A program made the translations under genes and the position numbers. This document shows, piece by piece, positions 1 to 14,654 of a DNA stretch of 64,000 bases. Under the pieces are notes generated by a model that was not told the origin of the DNA, made no database searches, and was given only the letters and a program-made list of their open reading frames with translations. The first letter of the stretch is position 1. Every line of letters starts with the position of its first letter. This DNA is from Octopus vulgaris (Eukaryota). The DNA is taken from NCBI GenBank assembly GCA_951406725.2, contig OX597820.1, positions 96,038,001-96,102,000 of the forward strand. Reading direction: 5' to 3'.

Positions 1-324
1 TAACGTTTCTGACGAAATTTTATCATAAACTATATTCATCATCTTTTATTTTTAATAATGGCTTATGTTAACTAGGCACATGCCTAATTTTCAAAGAATA
101 GGGAGGTTAACAATTATTACGACCCCCCCATCCCCGAATATAACCGGTTTTAATTATATAGATGCAGCAGGATGTCAACTTAAACGCGTAGATAAAGTAA
201 ATTATTCCCAAGTCACAAATAACAGATTTCGTAAAATGCTATTCAAATTGTCAAAGAATATTTAATTACACCACTTTATGATTCTGATTGAAATCCCACA
301 GGGTCAACTCTTATTCCTATTATC

Positions 325-466
325 TCTGATCCCTTTTGATCGAAAACCTACTCCCTTTTTATTTTTTGTTTTTGTTTTTGTTTTCTTTTTTTATCTCCCC
401 AAAAAGAAAAGCTCTACTTTGTATTTTGAACCCTCTGTGTTCAGCCCCGTGTGGCTAATAAAGAAA
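325..466 (+). mobile_element. 3' end of a Tx1/L1-like non-LTR element (same family as 8969-10307)
   Basis: GATCCCTTTTGATCGAAAACCTAC ... AAAAGAAAAGCTCTAC ... CAGCCCCGTGTGGCTAATAAAGAAAC closely matches the minus strand of 8969-9080. Confidence 0.75.
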
Positions 467-3400
467 CATATCTCTGAATTGTCGTCTCGTCAATGTGTGA
501 TATACATGTTAGACAGAGAAGTATATTTATTAGATAGCACAATCAATATCTATTATATTGTGTATAGAGTGACGATTAATGTAATCAATAGCTAAACTTT
601 TAGCGAGTCGAGCACGAATTATGGTATCCATCTGCAAACGTTACTGTCGTACTTCAGAAAATCTACTGCGATCAAAGAAGTGTAAATTCCAAGTCATTTG
701 TACTACTACTACCTGTAAATAAAGTAGTATGATGGTATAAACTTATTATTTATTCATTTTCTCGTCTGAGTATTTCATCATATCTATTCAAGCGTCGATT
801 TTCCTTCAGTTTCGTCTTGCCGATTGAATATTGTGGTAGGAATCCTAATTCTGTCGACGCTTGAACGAAACGTTAATAATAGTATTGTATCTAAAAGTAC
901 ATCATTAACTCAAATTGGCGCTCTTATTTTCATGCATGATAATTGAAAAAAATATTAATTCTTATGACTTTCTCTGCAGGACTTTCAGGAGCAACACCAC
1001 ATGTAAAACAAAGTCTATGCATTATTAATATAGCTTATCAAAAATCCAATCTTTTCTATAAATTAATGCATACAAAGCAAACAAAACTCTTACATCTACG
1101 ATAATGAAAATGCAGATATGTATTTTACGTGCTACATATGTAATTTGTCCTAATAGATTTCAAGTTGCATATATTAAAGAGTTATCTTGAAGGCAACTGT
1201 GAGTTTTATAGAATATTTAAAATTATATCTCCCCTTGATCGTTAGGTAAAATGAACAATCCAAAATTTAGTGCTTTGAAATTTCACGCAACAAAACAGTA
1301 TTAAGTATTCTGCAAATTGTCGGATTTTCAGCCTACAACTTATGCTCTTTGATGATCCAAAAACTAGATAGCATGTAATTACTTACTTAATAATTCAAAA
1401 CTTCTTTTGTATACTGACATTACAATAGCGAAAAGTAAAAAATTATTTTGTGTTTGCTCAGTCTGGAGAAAGGGGTTTTGTCTATGAATCCTGTTGGCCC
1501 TTGGAAACCGGTGAGTATAATGTTATCAATATTCTATTTAAACTGTTGTTGGTTATTATTGCTGGAACTATTTGAGCTGGGAGGAGAATCTATAGAGCCA
1601 ATGTTCGTGAGAGAAAGGACTGGGCACGAAGAATGCACGAAGAATGACGAGAGGTGTAAATACCAGTGGTTCTGGGGTTCATGAGTGGTGGATGTGAAGA
1701 CACTAGCAGCAAGGATTGGTCACTATAACAACAAAACAGAGCGAGAGAGAGGAGGGGAGGGAGAGGGAGAGGTAACTCTATGTCTGTAGATCAAAGGCTG
1801 TATTGTGCCCATATGTGATCGAATACCAATTACTCGAGTGGCTCTTCACTAAACGAGACCCAGAATGTCGGTGTATGTAGTAGCAGCGCTGCCCTAAATT
1901 TAGGGTGTAATAGGAGTACTTCCTTGTAGGTTTCACTTTAGCCTCGTTGTTTGACTACGGTTGTTTGAGATTCAAACATATTCAAACATATTCTGGTGCT
2001 AAAGCGTGATCTTGGTTATGTGCAGGATGTGCTTTCGTCAGGATTTGTTTCTGTTTACTGATATCAATGTAATAATTTGAAGACATACAGATAAAGTAGA
2101 GAAACTATCTCGACAACTATTGTATTTACAGTTTATAAAATTTAATAGTGAAGATATACATTTGAGGAGAAAGAAAATACAAAACAACTATCTTTAATAT
2201 TGAGTTTAAAATTTATATATATATATATATTTGAATGGAGATTAGACTATCTGGATAAAAGATTATTTTAATAATTATTTAATGCTATTTTGTGATTTAG
2301 CAAAACTTACAAGTATATCTTTTAGCGAATCTTTTACAGTTGATACTTGAAATAAAAGAATGCTGCCTCAATAGAATGTCAACTTAACAATCTGCTGCTC
2401 CTGTAGTGTCACACACAAACTACAATTTATCTGGGCTTGATTTGTTCGCCGAAATAAGAAAGAATATCTCAATCGTTTTCAAAATGTCCTTTGGAGCGTA
2501 ATGTGCTCTCCCAGAAACGTTTATCGTAATATATTAAGAAAATATCCTCACGTGATTCCCTCAAAACCCTGTGTGATAAAGGACTCACTAATCAGCAACT
2601 ATATTGATGTAAACTATCTACGAGCGAGATACTTAATTCCCATTGACAAGCGTGATAGCGTCGTATTGCTGAAGTACGATTTACACTTTGACGTTAATAT
2701 ATGTAATGACATGATTTTAACTTTTGAGTCAGGAGCAAACGTAGGGTGCTGGCCGAAAATACAATTTCGTATTTAAAATTTTTCATTCGGAGATTTACGA
2801 TGCACAACTCTGTGTCAGGTAAAATGGTCATATAATGCAGAGAAATCATTTCCTTCTACAAATTTGCTTGAATGAGATTTTTATAAGAGCAGCATCAATC
2901 CCAGGTACAGATAATTAAAGAGTAAATAGAACAAGTATTTTCAAATAAACAAACGTTAGCAATTGTTTTGTTTGTTATTTTTTTTTGCACTGTGACGATA
3001 AAGAGCACAAAATGACAATACTAATACACATGTTTACTCTGTAAATTGTGTTACACTCAAATCAACTCAAATATTCAATTGAAAACTAAAATAAAGAGAG
3101 AAAATGCTGCATCAGAAAGATAATTAACGGATCTGGCCTTCGAAATGTTCTATATTGGTTTTTTTTTTTTTTTTGTTAATGGAAATCAGATTATATTGCC
3201 GTATGGACTCTAGGTTTGCAGGTGTTTATTCATGTTTAATTAAATAATTTTCGTTCTAGTAAGCATCGAAAACATTTTCTAAAACTGAATAGTTTCCAGT
3301 TGCCTTACGTTTAAAGTAAATATCTCGCTACTATAGATTTGACTTCGTAGAATTCTTCTGATAACGTTAAAATTATGTCAGCTATAGTAGAGATTTAAAA

Positions 3401-3539
3401 GTCTAAATCCCTTACTCTACAAATGAAACTTGTTATTAATAAAAAACAAAATCGATATTAGAAGTTTGAAGTAAGGTGATGGATCGATAGCATTTTGTAT
3501 CAATTCATTATTTCGTGTTTAAATCTGAGTATTAATTTG

Positions 3540-4003
3540 GCTGGCTTGGGCATGTTAGCCGTATGAAAGATGGCAGCATCCCCAAGGACATACTCTACGG
3601 AGAGCTTGCTAGGGGTACTAGGTCTGTGGGTAGACCGCTCTTACGTTACAAGGATGTTTGCAAAAGGGACATGAAGGCCTGCAACATCAATATTAGCGGT
3701 TGGGAGGCAGTTGCCGGCAACCGTGGAGACTGGCGACGTACCGTAAGAGAGGGAATACAAAGGAGTGACCGAGAGAAAGAGAAGAAATGGAAAGACAGGA
3801 AAAGACGTCAACAAGAAACTATGGCATTACAACCAGCCAGGAACAGTCTTCGCTACATTTGCGGTACCTGCCAGAGGGAGTGTTTGTCCAGGATATACTA
3901 CACAGCCACAGCAGGAAATGTATCAGGACATGAAATGTAAAAGCCGGACTAGACTACTTTATGCGCAACTCCATTGTCTCCCGAGACAAAAGGATGCCAA
4001 CAA
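3540..4003 (+). mobile_element. RTE-clade LINE, 5'-truncated 3' end
   Basis: WLGHVSRMKDGSIPKDILYGELARGTRSVGRPLLRYKDVCKRDMKAC ... CGTCQRECLSRI is the typical RTE ORF2 C-terminus. A 3' hairpin TTGTCTC-CC-GAGACAA follows. Confidence 0.85.
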
Positions 4004-4064
4004 ATCAATTTGGCTTTACATACAAATTAACAAACATTAATGGAAATGAGAAAGGAAATATTGG

Positions 4065-4273
4065 TGTCCAATTTTGGCACAAAGCCAGTAATTTCGAGGA
4101 AGAAGATAAGTCGATCACATCGATCCCAATGCTTGACTGGTGCTTATTTTATCAACCCCAAAGGATGAAGGGCAAAGCCGATCTTGGCAGCATTTGAACT
4201 TAGAACGTAAAGACGACTGAAATGCCGCTAAGCATTTTCCCGGCGTGGTAAGGGTTCTGACAGCTCGCCGCCT
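4065..4273 (-). mobile_element. tRNA-derived SINE, family C
   Basis: Minus strand begins AGGCGGCGAGCTG and has a B-box-like AGTTCAAAT and a CTTCATCCTTTGGGGTTGATAAA core. Further copies near 30240, 51030, 52195 and 61630. Confidence 0.8.
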
Positions 4274-4619
4274 CAATAAGAAAAATGGAATTATTAATAC
4301 GTAATTATATATCGGAATTCATGGGTAAAGCATAAGGAAATCGAAAGCATGTCAAGAATGATTTATCAGCATATTACAAAGTTCATAGAACATACCATAA
4401 AACGTATGCAATCGTTTCATTATGTAGATTTTAAGTTCACGAATAGCTTAAGAGTTTATGTTCAACGTATATTGATAAAAAAATTAAGCAAATTCCTATC
4501 ACAAATAAATCGATTCTCTGAACTATTATTCCTATCATAATTATTTCGACAGGTTTGATTATTTCCTTCTTTACTATTGCAATTCTTGTTAAATAGATCA
4601 TTTCTATACTTACCTCCAC

Positions 4620-6260
4620 AAATCGTGTTAGTTAACTCCCGGTTTATCTTTCTGATATTAAGTTTGTGAATGTAGTATTCTGGGTTATTAAAGATAGTGT
4701 ATGGTAATTTCACTGTAATCCTCTTAAAAATCTAATGGTGTTCGTTAGAGTTTGGAAGATGCTTATTTAACGCAGCAAACGAAACCCTAGCGATCCTAGA
4801 TAATATTTGAATTATATCACAAAACATTGCATTTTTTAATATTTTTGTTCAATCTATGACTACTAGTATAGTCTATTATAAGATCATTACCTAAGGAGTT
4901 AAAGTTATAATCAATATTTAGATTGACCCTTTTTTCCCTACTAGTTTTATTGTATTGCCTTCGTGCATTCTTAGATCCAGATGACCACGTTCCTCTATTT
5001 TATGTTTAATATTTCTTATAACTGAATAAAGTTTGGTGCTATTACTAGTGTGGCTATGTAGATCAATAAGATTATTATTGGATATATATTTGATTTTCTC
5101 CGTATAACCAGCCCAAGCTAATGATAAATTGTAATATTTCGTATGCAAGTTGAATATCGTTTCATTGGCCGAAAGTCTTGATATTCGGCAGGATATATTT
5201 CTCATAATCCCTTTCATTATTGAGGGTGGGTGATTAGATCTTACATTAATATACCTTAGGTTTTCTTTTGGTTTATGGTATGGCTCAAAAAATCTAGTAT
5301 TCAGACTAAACGTCACATCAAGAAAATTTACTTTTCAATAATTATGTTTTGTAGTAATATTCGTTCCTTGCATCTCTTCATTTCTACCTTGCTACACCTA
5401 GAATGAAAAGACTGTCGTCCCTGTATCGATTTCCTCTCTTCTTAGGAAACCAGGACTCGATTTGGAATAGGATATATATTCCAACGAGATCAATGACTTG
5501 CACAGAGTCACTTCATCCCATTGCTATATCAAAAGAGTTTGCACCATTAGCTCTCGTCCATAGTTTATTATCGAAATCTATTAGTGTGCAACATGCAGAT
5601 AGTATAATATCTATATTTGACCTAGATAAATCCGAATTGCACATAAAAGAATTTAGAGCATCATTTAATAGAACCTGATTAATGGTAGTACAATAATTTG
5701 ACATGTCAAATTAAATAAATTTACTACTATCCATCTCTAATATTTTGAACCACAAAATAACCTATAGTGTGTCCGACTATAGTAAGAGTTTAATCTTCGA
5801 TCTAAGTCTGGGTAGTACTGTGTCAATAATAATTTTAGTAATCCTACCTATAACGGACTTAGATGAGCATATTATTTTAACGGTAAGTTTCCTATCAAAG
5901 TTAATCTTTTGGTCCTTTATGTTAATTCTATGTTTTTAGCGAAAACTACATATATCTCAGTTCTGTCTTTTATTCCGGGTCGAGTAACTATTTCAAAGTC
6001 CTTATTATTTATATTGGTTAATGTATTCCTATGTGCATCTCGGTATTATATTAAATGTATTTATTTTCAGAAGAATTTATAGATCATTTATTTTCATTTG
6101 TCTGTATTTTTTATTGATGTATTTTGCATTTTGAGTGCAATCGTATCTTGTCTCTCACTGTATCTATGGTCTTAGTTTTGTTTGTGAATTGCTAGAAATG
6201 ACATATAAATCAGGGTGCACAGTGTGAAACTGGGTGAAAGGGCAAGATAATCTAACGAAG
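4620..6260 (-). mobile_element. Degenerate Penelope-like element reverse transcriptase
   Basis: Frameshifted motifs FDIAMG, LVGIYIL, RYRDDSL and NFLDVTFSLNTRFFEPYHKPKENLRYINVRSNHPPSI, typical of PLE RT and thumb. Outer boundaries are approximate. Confidence 0.8.
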
Positions 6261-6355
6261 AGTTTATTTTGACAGTCACCCGAGGATGTAAATCCACATT
6301 TTGGATGCGATATAATGATTGTTTAAATTCTCAGCTTCGTAATACAGGTGCGAGA

Positions 6356-6473
<118 letters not shown>

Positions 6474-6717
6474 GTATGTATGTAGGTATGTATATGTATA
6501 TATATATATGTATGTATGTATATGTATGTATGTATATGCATATGTATATGTATATATATATGTATGTATGTATATGTATATATATACATACATATATATA
6601 TAATATTAATTAGAGACAAAACCACTATTTTGCAAAACAAACAAGGAAAGACTTAATCAATACATAAAATTTTAATAAAAAGTAAAAAAACCGCCACTAC
6701 AATTGTTTCATGTCTTG

Positions 6718-6759
<42 letters not shown>

Positions 6760-6764
<5 letters not shown>

Positions 6765-7135
6765 GGGGTGGCTGTGTGGTAAGTAGCTTGCTTACCAGCC
6801 ACATGGTTCCAGGTTCAGTCCCGCTGCCTGTCACCTTGGACAGGTGTCTTCTACTATAGTCTCGGGCCAACCAAAGTGAGTGGATTCGGTAGACGGAAAC
6901 TGAGAGAAGCCTGTCGTATATATGTGTGTATATGTGTTTGTGTGCTTGTTCCCCCAATTTCGCTTGACAACCGATGCTGGTGTGTTTACGTCCCCGTAAC
7001 TTATCGGTTCTGCAAAAGAGACTGATAGATTATGTACTTGGCTTACAAAATATATGTGTTGGGGTCAATTTGCTCGACTAAAGACGGTGCTCCAGCATGG
7101 CCACAGTCCCATGACTGAAACAAGCAAAAGAATGA
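6760..7135 (+). mobile_element. tRNA-derived SINE, family A, near full length
   Basis: A box TGGCTGTGTGG, B-box-like GGTTCAGTCCC, central microsatellite and tail GGTGCTCCAGCATGGCCACAGT. Many copies in the window. Confidence 0.85.
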
Positions 7136-7184
7136 AAATAATAAAAGAATATATATGCGTGTGTGTGTGTGTATGTGGCAAAAA

Positions 7185-7445
7185 AACGGCGTTTCGTCGG
7201 TGACGACGACGTGGGTTACAGTCGATCCAATCAACGGAACAGCCTGCTGGTGAAATTAACGTGCTGAGCACTCCACATACTCGTGTAACCTTATCGCATT
7301 TCTCTGGGAGATTCAGCGTAACACACAATGTGACCTGGCTGGACCTTTAAGATACAGTTATTACCCATTTTTGCCAGCTGAGTGGACTGGAGCAATGTGA
7401 AATAAGGTATCTTGCTCAAGGAAACAACCACTAAGCCATGCGCCT
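7185..7445 (-). mobile_element. tRNA-derived SINE, family B, internally deleted head
   Basis: GGCGCATGGCTTAGTGG head followed by CTTGAGCAAG ... TTGCTCCAGTCCACTCAG, a core shared with copies near 50700 and 53390. Confidence 0.75.
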
Positions 7446-8504
7446 TTACATACGCACACACACACACACACGTACACTCAAACACGTACACACACACGTA
7501 TATATATATATATATATATATATATCAAGTATACACATAACCAGTTCTTCATCGACTATATGTTTTATATGTTTTACAGTTGGGCAAAAAAGAAGTGTAT
7601 GGAATCCACTAGAACATTAAAATACATGAAAGACACTCAAAGACCGAGGGATATGAGATTAAACAGAACTCTTTCCAGATGCAGTAACATATCGAACAAA
7701 AATCTTGGAGAGTTAAAATTGTTATAGGCATAAATACTTAACTATCAGCAGATGAATGAGAAAATGTTACGTGTGTAGGATCCAATGTACCAGACAAGTT
7801 ATTGACCTTAAGCAATAGAGTTTCCCCACTGCGAACTCGTCCATAGTTAGGTATGACTACTAGATCAGACAATTATATATTCAATATGTTTATTTCAGAT
7901 GAAATATGAAAACAACTAAAAGGTAGATTTCAGAACTATTCAGCTTTAGATATTAATATATAATAACGAAATAATATTCTGACGCAAATTTTATAAATTT
8001 AAACATCTCTAAGTAGTTGAAAAAACAAAATGCAACAACGAAGTGAAATCATTTTGTAAATGTTTCAAAATATTTGAAAAAAGGTAACGAAGTAATTCAG
8101 TAAGTTTATAAAATGTAAAAGAAACCAGCTCGATGAAAACGAAAGAAAAATTGATAGATTTCTGAAAATTAAATCCAAAGTGTAGAATTGTTTGACATCT
8201 GAACTCGTGATGCGTCATAAGCAAGCCCTATAACAGTACACCGTTTAATGATTTGAACTCTCAGTCAATGGAACTGAGTACCACATCGGCGGAAGTAGTC
8301 GTAGTTGTAAATGGTGACAGGGAACAAGGTATCAGAATTCACATTTAAAGCACTAAGAAATGTTTTATAATCGAGCTACAGTGACTGAAACTATATATCC
8401 ACCTAAAAAATATTGCGGAAGCCACTCAAGTTTACTTTGAGAGTTCAAGAAATCAATAAACTTACAGAAGATTTATGCGGCAAAGGCTTTTATGCATATT
8501 TATC

Positions 8505-8858
8505 TACTACTTGTGTTAGTCATTAAATTGCAGCCATGCCTGCGTTGAAGAATTTAGTCGAATCAAACGACTCCAGACTATTTGTTCTGTCTTTCTTTTG
8601 CCGAATCTCTAGGTTACAAGGTCATTAACTCAACAACGCTGATTGCCAAGCGGTGATAGAGGAGAAACACTGACACAAAGACACTCGCACATGCACACAC
8701 ATATATAAGAGAATTATTTCAGTTTCTGCCTTTCAAAATTCATTCACAAGGCTTTGATCTATCTGAGGCTATAGTAGAAGACGCTTACACAAGATGGCAC
8801 GTAGTGAAATTGAATTTGGAATCATATGGTAAAGAAGCAAGGTTCTCAGCACACAGCA

Positions 8859-8862
<4 letters not shown>
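8505..8862 (-). mobile_element. Degenerate SINE, family A
   Basis: Recognisable GAGGCTATAGTAGAAGAC and TTCAGTTTC blocks. Confidence 0.65.
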
Positions 8863-8897
<35 letters not shown>

Positions 8898-8968
8898 TGT
8901 ATGTATATTTACACTTACATACATACATACATATACATACACACACACACATACATATAGATAGATAA

Positions 8969-10306
8969 GTTTCTTTATTGGCCACACAGGGCTGCACACA
9001 GATGGGACAAGTTACAAGGTAGAGCTTTTCTTTTGGGGGAAAAAAAGGTGGCGTAGGTTTTCGATCACAAGGGATCGTAAAATGGAAAAAAGAACAAAAA
9101 AAGAAAAAAAGAAGAAAAAAAAGGAAAAGAAGAAAAAGAAAAAAGAAAAAAGGAAAAGAAATAAAAGAAAAAAGGGAAAAAAGAAAAGAAAAATGAAAAA
9201 AGAAGAAAAAAGAGGAAAAAAGGGGAGAGGAAAAAAACGATCAATAGGGATCGTGTATCACAGTGTCATGATGTATGGTGTAAAGGGGAAAGCAAGTAAG
9301 GTTTATCCGTGGGAAGAAAAGCCTACGAAAAAGACCACGGTAACCTTGGTCAATATTGTTATATGTCACCACATTTGTTTGCAAGTGGGTAACCCTCTGT
9401 TTTCAATTTCTGGGTTCATAGGATTATGCTCAAGGTGGCTTCGTCATTCCTACGTGCCATCCTTGCTACATTCACCTATCTTTTTTTAAAACGTTCACTA
9501 GACAAAACTTGCCTCTCTACTCTCACTTTCCTTTTCAAGTGGTACTTGAAGAAGTTGATGAGAAGTTGACCAGAGAGGAAAGTGTTTGTCTCCAATCCTT
9601 TCAGACGCGTCCACCAGATACATTCTTTCGCCATAGCCACAAGGATGATGAAAATAGCTCTTCCTTCCCGTTTGAAGGAAGGAGGCGTGACAATATTGAC
9701 GATAGACTCAGCTGATAAACCGACTCGTCCCACACGTGACAGCAGTTGTTCGACATAAGCCCACAGGTCGGAAATTGTTGGACACTGCACGAGTGCGTGC
9801 AGAACGGTTTCGTCGCTCTGACCGCATCTCGGGCAGGTCGGCCCCGTGTTTCTCGAGCCGTGTCTGTAGAGCTTATCCCGAACGGGTAGCGCTTCTCGGT
9901 AGCACTGCCAGGCCAGGGATCTCTGGAAGTTGTCCATGGGCCCTGGCCCGAAAGTCGTCCCGAACAGGCGGGTCAGGTATTCCACGTCGACGTCCAGGTT
10001 CGCCCCGAGCTCGTCGTCGTACCTCCCCTCCACTAATCCCCTATAGAATGCTTTGGTTGTGATGGAGTCACTCAAGGTTGACCCAGGACGGCAGAGTTGC
10101 TTGAGAGCAACGCGACACTCGCGGTGCCATTCGCCCTTCCTCGGCCTCTTTTTGATCCACGATTGCAGTTCCGTCATGGATATGAGCTGCGGGAAAGCGT
10201 GCCTCACAAACGGCGACCACACCTGTTCACCGTCGTCTACATAGAGCCAGAGATGTCGCAGTCTCAGCGCATGTCTGCGCATCATCAACCACGGCATGCC
10301 CAGTCC

Positions 10307-10307
<1 letters not shown>
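8969..10307 (-). mobile_element. Tx1/L1-clade non-LTR retrotransposon, 5'-truncated, with intact C-terminal ORF 9476-10297
   Basis: GC-rich open frame with LAWQCYREALPVRDKLYRHG and CPRCGQSDETVLHALVQCP (zf-RVT CCHC). The T-rich 3' UTR ends AATAAAGAAAC. Flanked by (GATA)n. Confidence 0.85.
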
Positions 10308-10394
<87 letters not shown>

Positions 10395-12672
10395 ATTAGT
10401 TATTAATCATATTCTTCTGTGAAAAAAAAAAAGGATATGCTAACAAGTCATTCCATGTAAATCGAATGTAAGTCATCTTAAAGTGCTGTTGCATTTGAAA
10501 ATTAATTCTACATTTGTATAGCACTACAAGCATATCTGAGAATATTTATTTCTCAACCTGAATCTTGTCTGTCTCTTTAAAATACTTTGCATCAGCAGAC
10601 AGTATACTTTCAATCGACCTTCACTAAGTAACTATCGTAACCATCTCATTGTTAAGATATTTAATGCTTAGACTATTAACAAGCCTATTTTGGAGAAATA
10701 CTCGATGACAGAAAAACGGCATTAGTAACTTAAACTATAGTATTTTCCAACACTATAAAACTTACTATCTCGTACATTCTTTATAGGTTTCAGCTATTTC
10801 TCCTTGGTAAGTACAGTGAAGTTCTATGCTCCGCTGATAACATTGAATAGCATTGAAGCGTATCAGAATTCTTTAAACTCTTTATAAAATGGACATTTTA
10901 AGCTTCTCCTATCTGTATTTGTACATTTATACAAATTTCAGAGTTTCTATTTCAATGAATTAGAAATGAAGAAATGTATTTCTCCTTTTCATATAAAGTC
11001 ATATATGAATACAAACATACATACATATATACATATATACATATATACATACATACACATATACATACATTCACGCATGCATGCATTTATTTATATATGT
11101 GTGTATATTACTCGCTCAAACTACATTTTATAGAAGTTTTTTATTCTTCCATTCAGGATAATTTGCTGATAAGCGAAGCGCCAGATATTAATCTATGAAT
11201 TTCTTTTACATTGTTCCATCTTTATGTCTTTCAAAACCAGTAATACTTAGACTAATTGTTTTTCCCTTTTCACCGTCTTTCGATAAATACAAGTACTAAT
11301 ATGAATTAGCTAAATTCTTCAAGTACAAGAATAAATGGTACTAAACAATACAAGACCGCAAATGTGAAAGTAAATACATTAGCAATATTACAATCAGGAC
11401 TCCAGCCATGACTCTTATTGTTTTCCTGGAAGGCATCTTAATGATTATACTATACACCACTTTTATGAAATCAGGTGCCATAACAATTTTTAAACTATTT
11501 TATCTGCATTATTTTATCTTTCAAAGTGTTTTACTTGTTTGTTGGATAAGTGCCCGTCACATCGCACCAACTTCATAGGTTACTGTATAAATGTACATCA
11601 AATTTTGGCCATATGCCCCCTTTTGAACATTGAGGTCACAAATGGCCTCCCTAGAAAATACTTTTATTTTTCAATATATAACAGCAGATAATGATTAAAA
11701 AAAGGAAGGACGTAATTTTACATATGCGGTTGCAGGTAGTCGGATGTGCAGATGTACAAACTGAAATGCAAAAAAATAAGAAAAACAAATAATGAATTGA
11801 AAGTTTGATAATTGCGTTTATTTCTACCACGTGACACTTATGAGATCAACGTGTTGCCTATTGAAAGAGTGCTCTTTGGTAGAAGGGAGTTCCTTTGCTC
11901 CAAATACACACCTCGGGCTCCAAATGCCACCCCTACGGAGGAGGGCATGTGGATCCAGTTGAGAACATTTGATTCAATGTTTGCGACGGAAAATCACTCA
12001 ATAAATACACATCAACTCTAATTTGACACGACAAACATTTCTAGGTAAATGATGCTCGATATCTTCAAATTGTGTGCTATTTGCATTCAAATCTTAGTCG
12101 TTTATTCATAAGAAATTTGTTTTATTCTTTGTGATTGAAAAAGCAAGGCTTTAATATTCTGGTGAAAAATGTTAAGAAATATGTTTTATCGAAACAATAC
12201 GTGGCCTCACATTTATCGAAATATATTAATTCCATTTACACTGTTATTGTTGATTTAGGTAAACATAGAGTGTATGAACAACATAGAAACTATGAACATA
12301 CGATTACCGCAGCGGAAACACGTTTGAGTAATGTTAAAAAAATAAAATATTTTCTTCCTTTCTGAATTGCCTACATTTATATATTCATTGTTAATGCCAG
12401 ACTAGTTTTTTTTTATGAATTTAGCTTACAATGTAAATACAACTAGATAAAATATTAAGAAAAATAATATACATATGTGTGTATGTGTGTGTGTATGTGT
12501 GTGTGTGTCAGTGTGTTTGTGTGTGTGGTTGTGTGTGTATGTACATGTATGGATGGATACATGGATGTATGAATTAATGTATGTATTATGTGCATACACT
12601 TATATATAAATACATTATATATATATACATTATATATATATATACATTATATATATATATATATATATATAC

Positions 12673-12741
<69 letters not shown>

Positions 12742-13565
12742 CATATACATTATATATATACGTATATATAAATATACGTGTGTGTGTGTGTGTGTGCGTG
12801 TGAAAGTAATATCAAAAGACAAAGGTGTATGAGTTCGTAAGCTTCGAGCAGTACATAGGAGTTATAAAAAATCATTATTTTAGTCTATATATTTTTTTTC
12901 AATATTTTTTGTCCCTTTATCTTTTTATACTTTATATTTTTTTCTAACATTTTTATCTCCTTATACTTTCCTTCTGTACAAGAGAATATATGTGTACAAG
13001 AGAATATATGTGTCTACGCTGACGCGTAGACACGTACCTACTTGACACAAAGAAAAAAGTAGGCGCATGCTGGTTAATATGCGCTTATATATTTTGAAAA
13101 TTAAGGGATAAACTACCAGCTTATCTAGAACTACTATGTTCCCCCTACTGACCCAAAGCAGTATTTTCCACCTCCCACTCTTTTGCCCCGCTCACCTTTC
13201 ATATTCTTAATTGATACATCTCCTACATTTATTTTTCTGACTGTTTAATTAATTGTATTTAGAGGGCTTCAGAATATATTTACTTATTTTTTGTAGAGTA
13301 GTCCCAGTAAATGTCCCCAGCCTAATTTCACAGACATTCCCCAAGCCTCAATGATACCAATATTTTCCCCCTACTTGACGCTCTCTCTTTTTGTTTTTCG
13401 TATTCTTATTCTTAACAAGTTTAGATTTTTAACCATTTTTCACAAATATTTTTTTTCATTTTTTTTTCTTTAACTCTGCTTTCTACGCATTTTCGATCGA
13501 ATCTCTTGCGAGTTAGATGGAATCCCTTGATGACAATGTAAACTTCATTTCATTAAGGTATTTTG

Positions 13566-13656
13566 GGCCGGAGGAGTAACTAGCGGATTAGCCCCCCCCC
13601 CCCGTTTGGGCAATTACCACATCTGAGGTCCTTCTATCTATGAAACATATGTAGCC
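13566..13656 (+). ncRNA. Hammerhead-like motif with enlarged helix II (degenerate)
   Basis: GGC-CGGAGGA-(66 nt)-GAAAC-ATAT-GTA-GCC, with helix III palindrome ACATATGT and a U4G core change. Confidence 0.45.
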
Positions 13657-13687
13657 ATGATTTTATCTACTCCATTCCTCAATTTTG

Positions 13688-13792
<105 letters not shown>

Positions 13793-14654
13793 ACATATAT
13801 AAAACATACACACACACAAACACACACACACATACATACACACACTTGCAAGCACGTATGCAGATTTATTTATATATAAACATATATACATAACTGTGTG
13901 TATGTTTTAAATATTTGAAAAAAAAATCAATGAAAATAAATAATTATTTTTAGATAATATGTTGAAATATTTCATAGAAAATTACTGTTGCGTTATTCAT
14001 TTTTAAAAATACATTTATTATAAGATTGAAAGATTATTTTTTAGCTCTGTACACTTCATTTGTCATCTAGTTATCACAGCTTTACACAACAATGAAAGTA
14101 ACCACCGTAAGTTACTCTGCTGTTTGTTTGAACTATTCTTTCTGCCATTACGGTGTAATGTTTGCATCGCTGATCAATTTGGGTTTGACTTTTCATGTTT
14201 TATACACTATTGTATTGGTTCCATACAGGAAACTAATTGATATTCATTTGATTCAAAATTTGTGGCCCAATATTGATTTTTGTCATTTCATCTCACTTCA
14301 ACGTTTTTATTTCTAGAATCATTGTTTTAACGGCTCACGTTAAATCACTATTGTATAAAGTAAAATAAAATATTTTTTAACATCCATTTACATACTTATG
14401 GACAGGCAGAGACATATATATATATATATATATATATAAATATATAAATAAAAAAGGGGCAGGCAACTTACCCTTATATTATTAATAATGGAATTTTTCA
14501 CTACCTTAAGACCATCCATAGTTCTATTTCTAAGGAACTATATATATATATATAGTTAATCAAAACAAAGAAAAACACAAAATAACACAACAACGCGAGG
14601 ACGTGGAACAAATATAGTATTATTGGACGCTCAGGAAAGAAGGGAAGAAGGAGG

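Noticed and set aside
1440-1920. Purine-rich segment resembling an LTR or PBS region
   Set aside because: No second LTR, TG...CA pair or coding remnant could be identified.
9509-10309. Plus-strand ORFs overlapping the Tx1-like ORF
   Set aside because: Antisense shadows of a GC-rich retroelement frame.
11715-11790. Strong minus-strand splice acceptor (TTTTTTTGCATTTCAG) as candidate LRR exon 2
   Set aside because: The phase-2 reading gives LYICTSDYLQPHM then a stop, with no LRR pattern.
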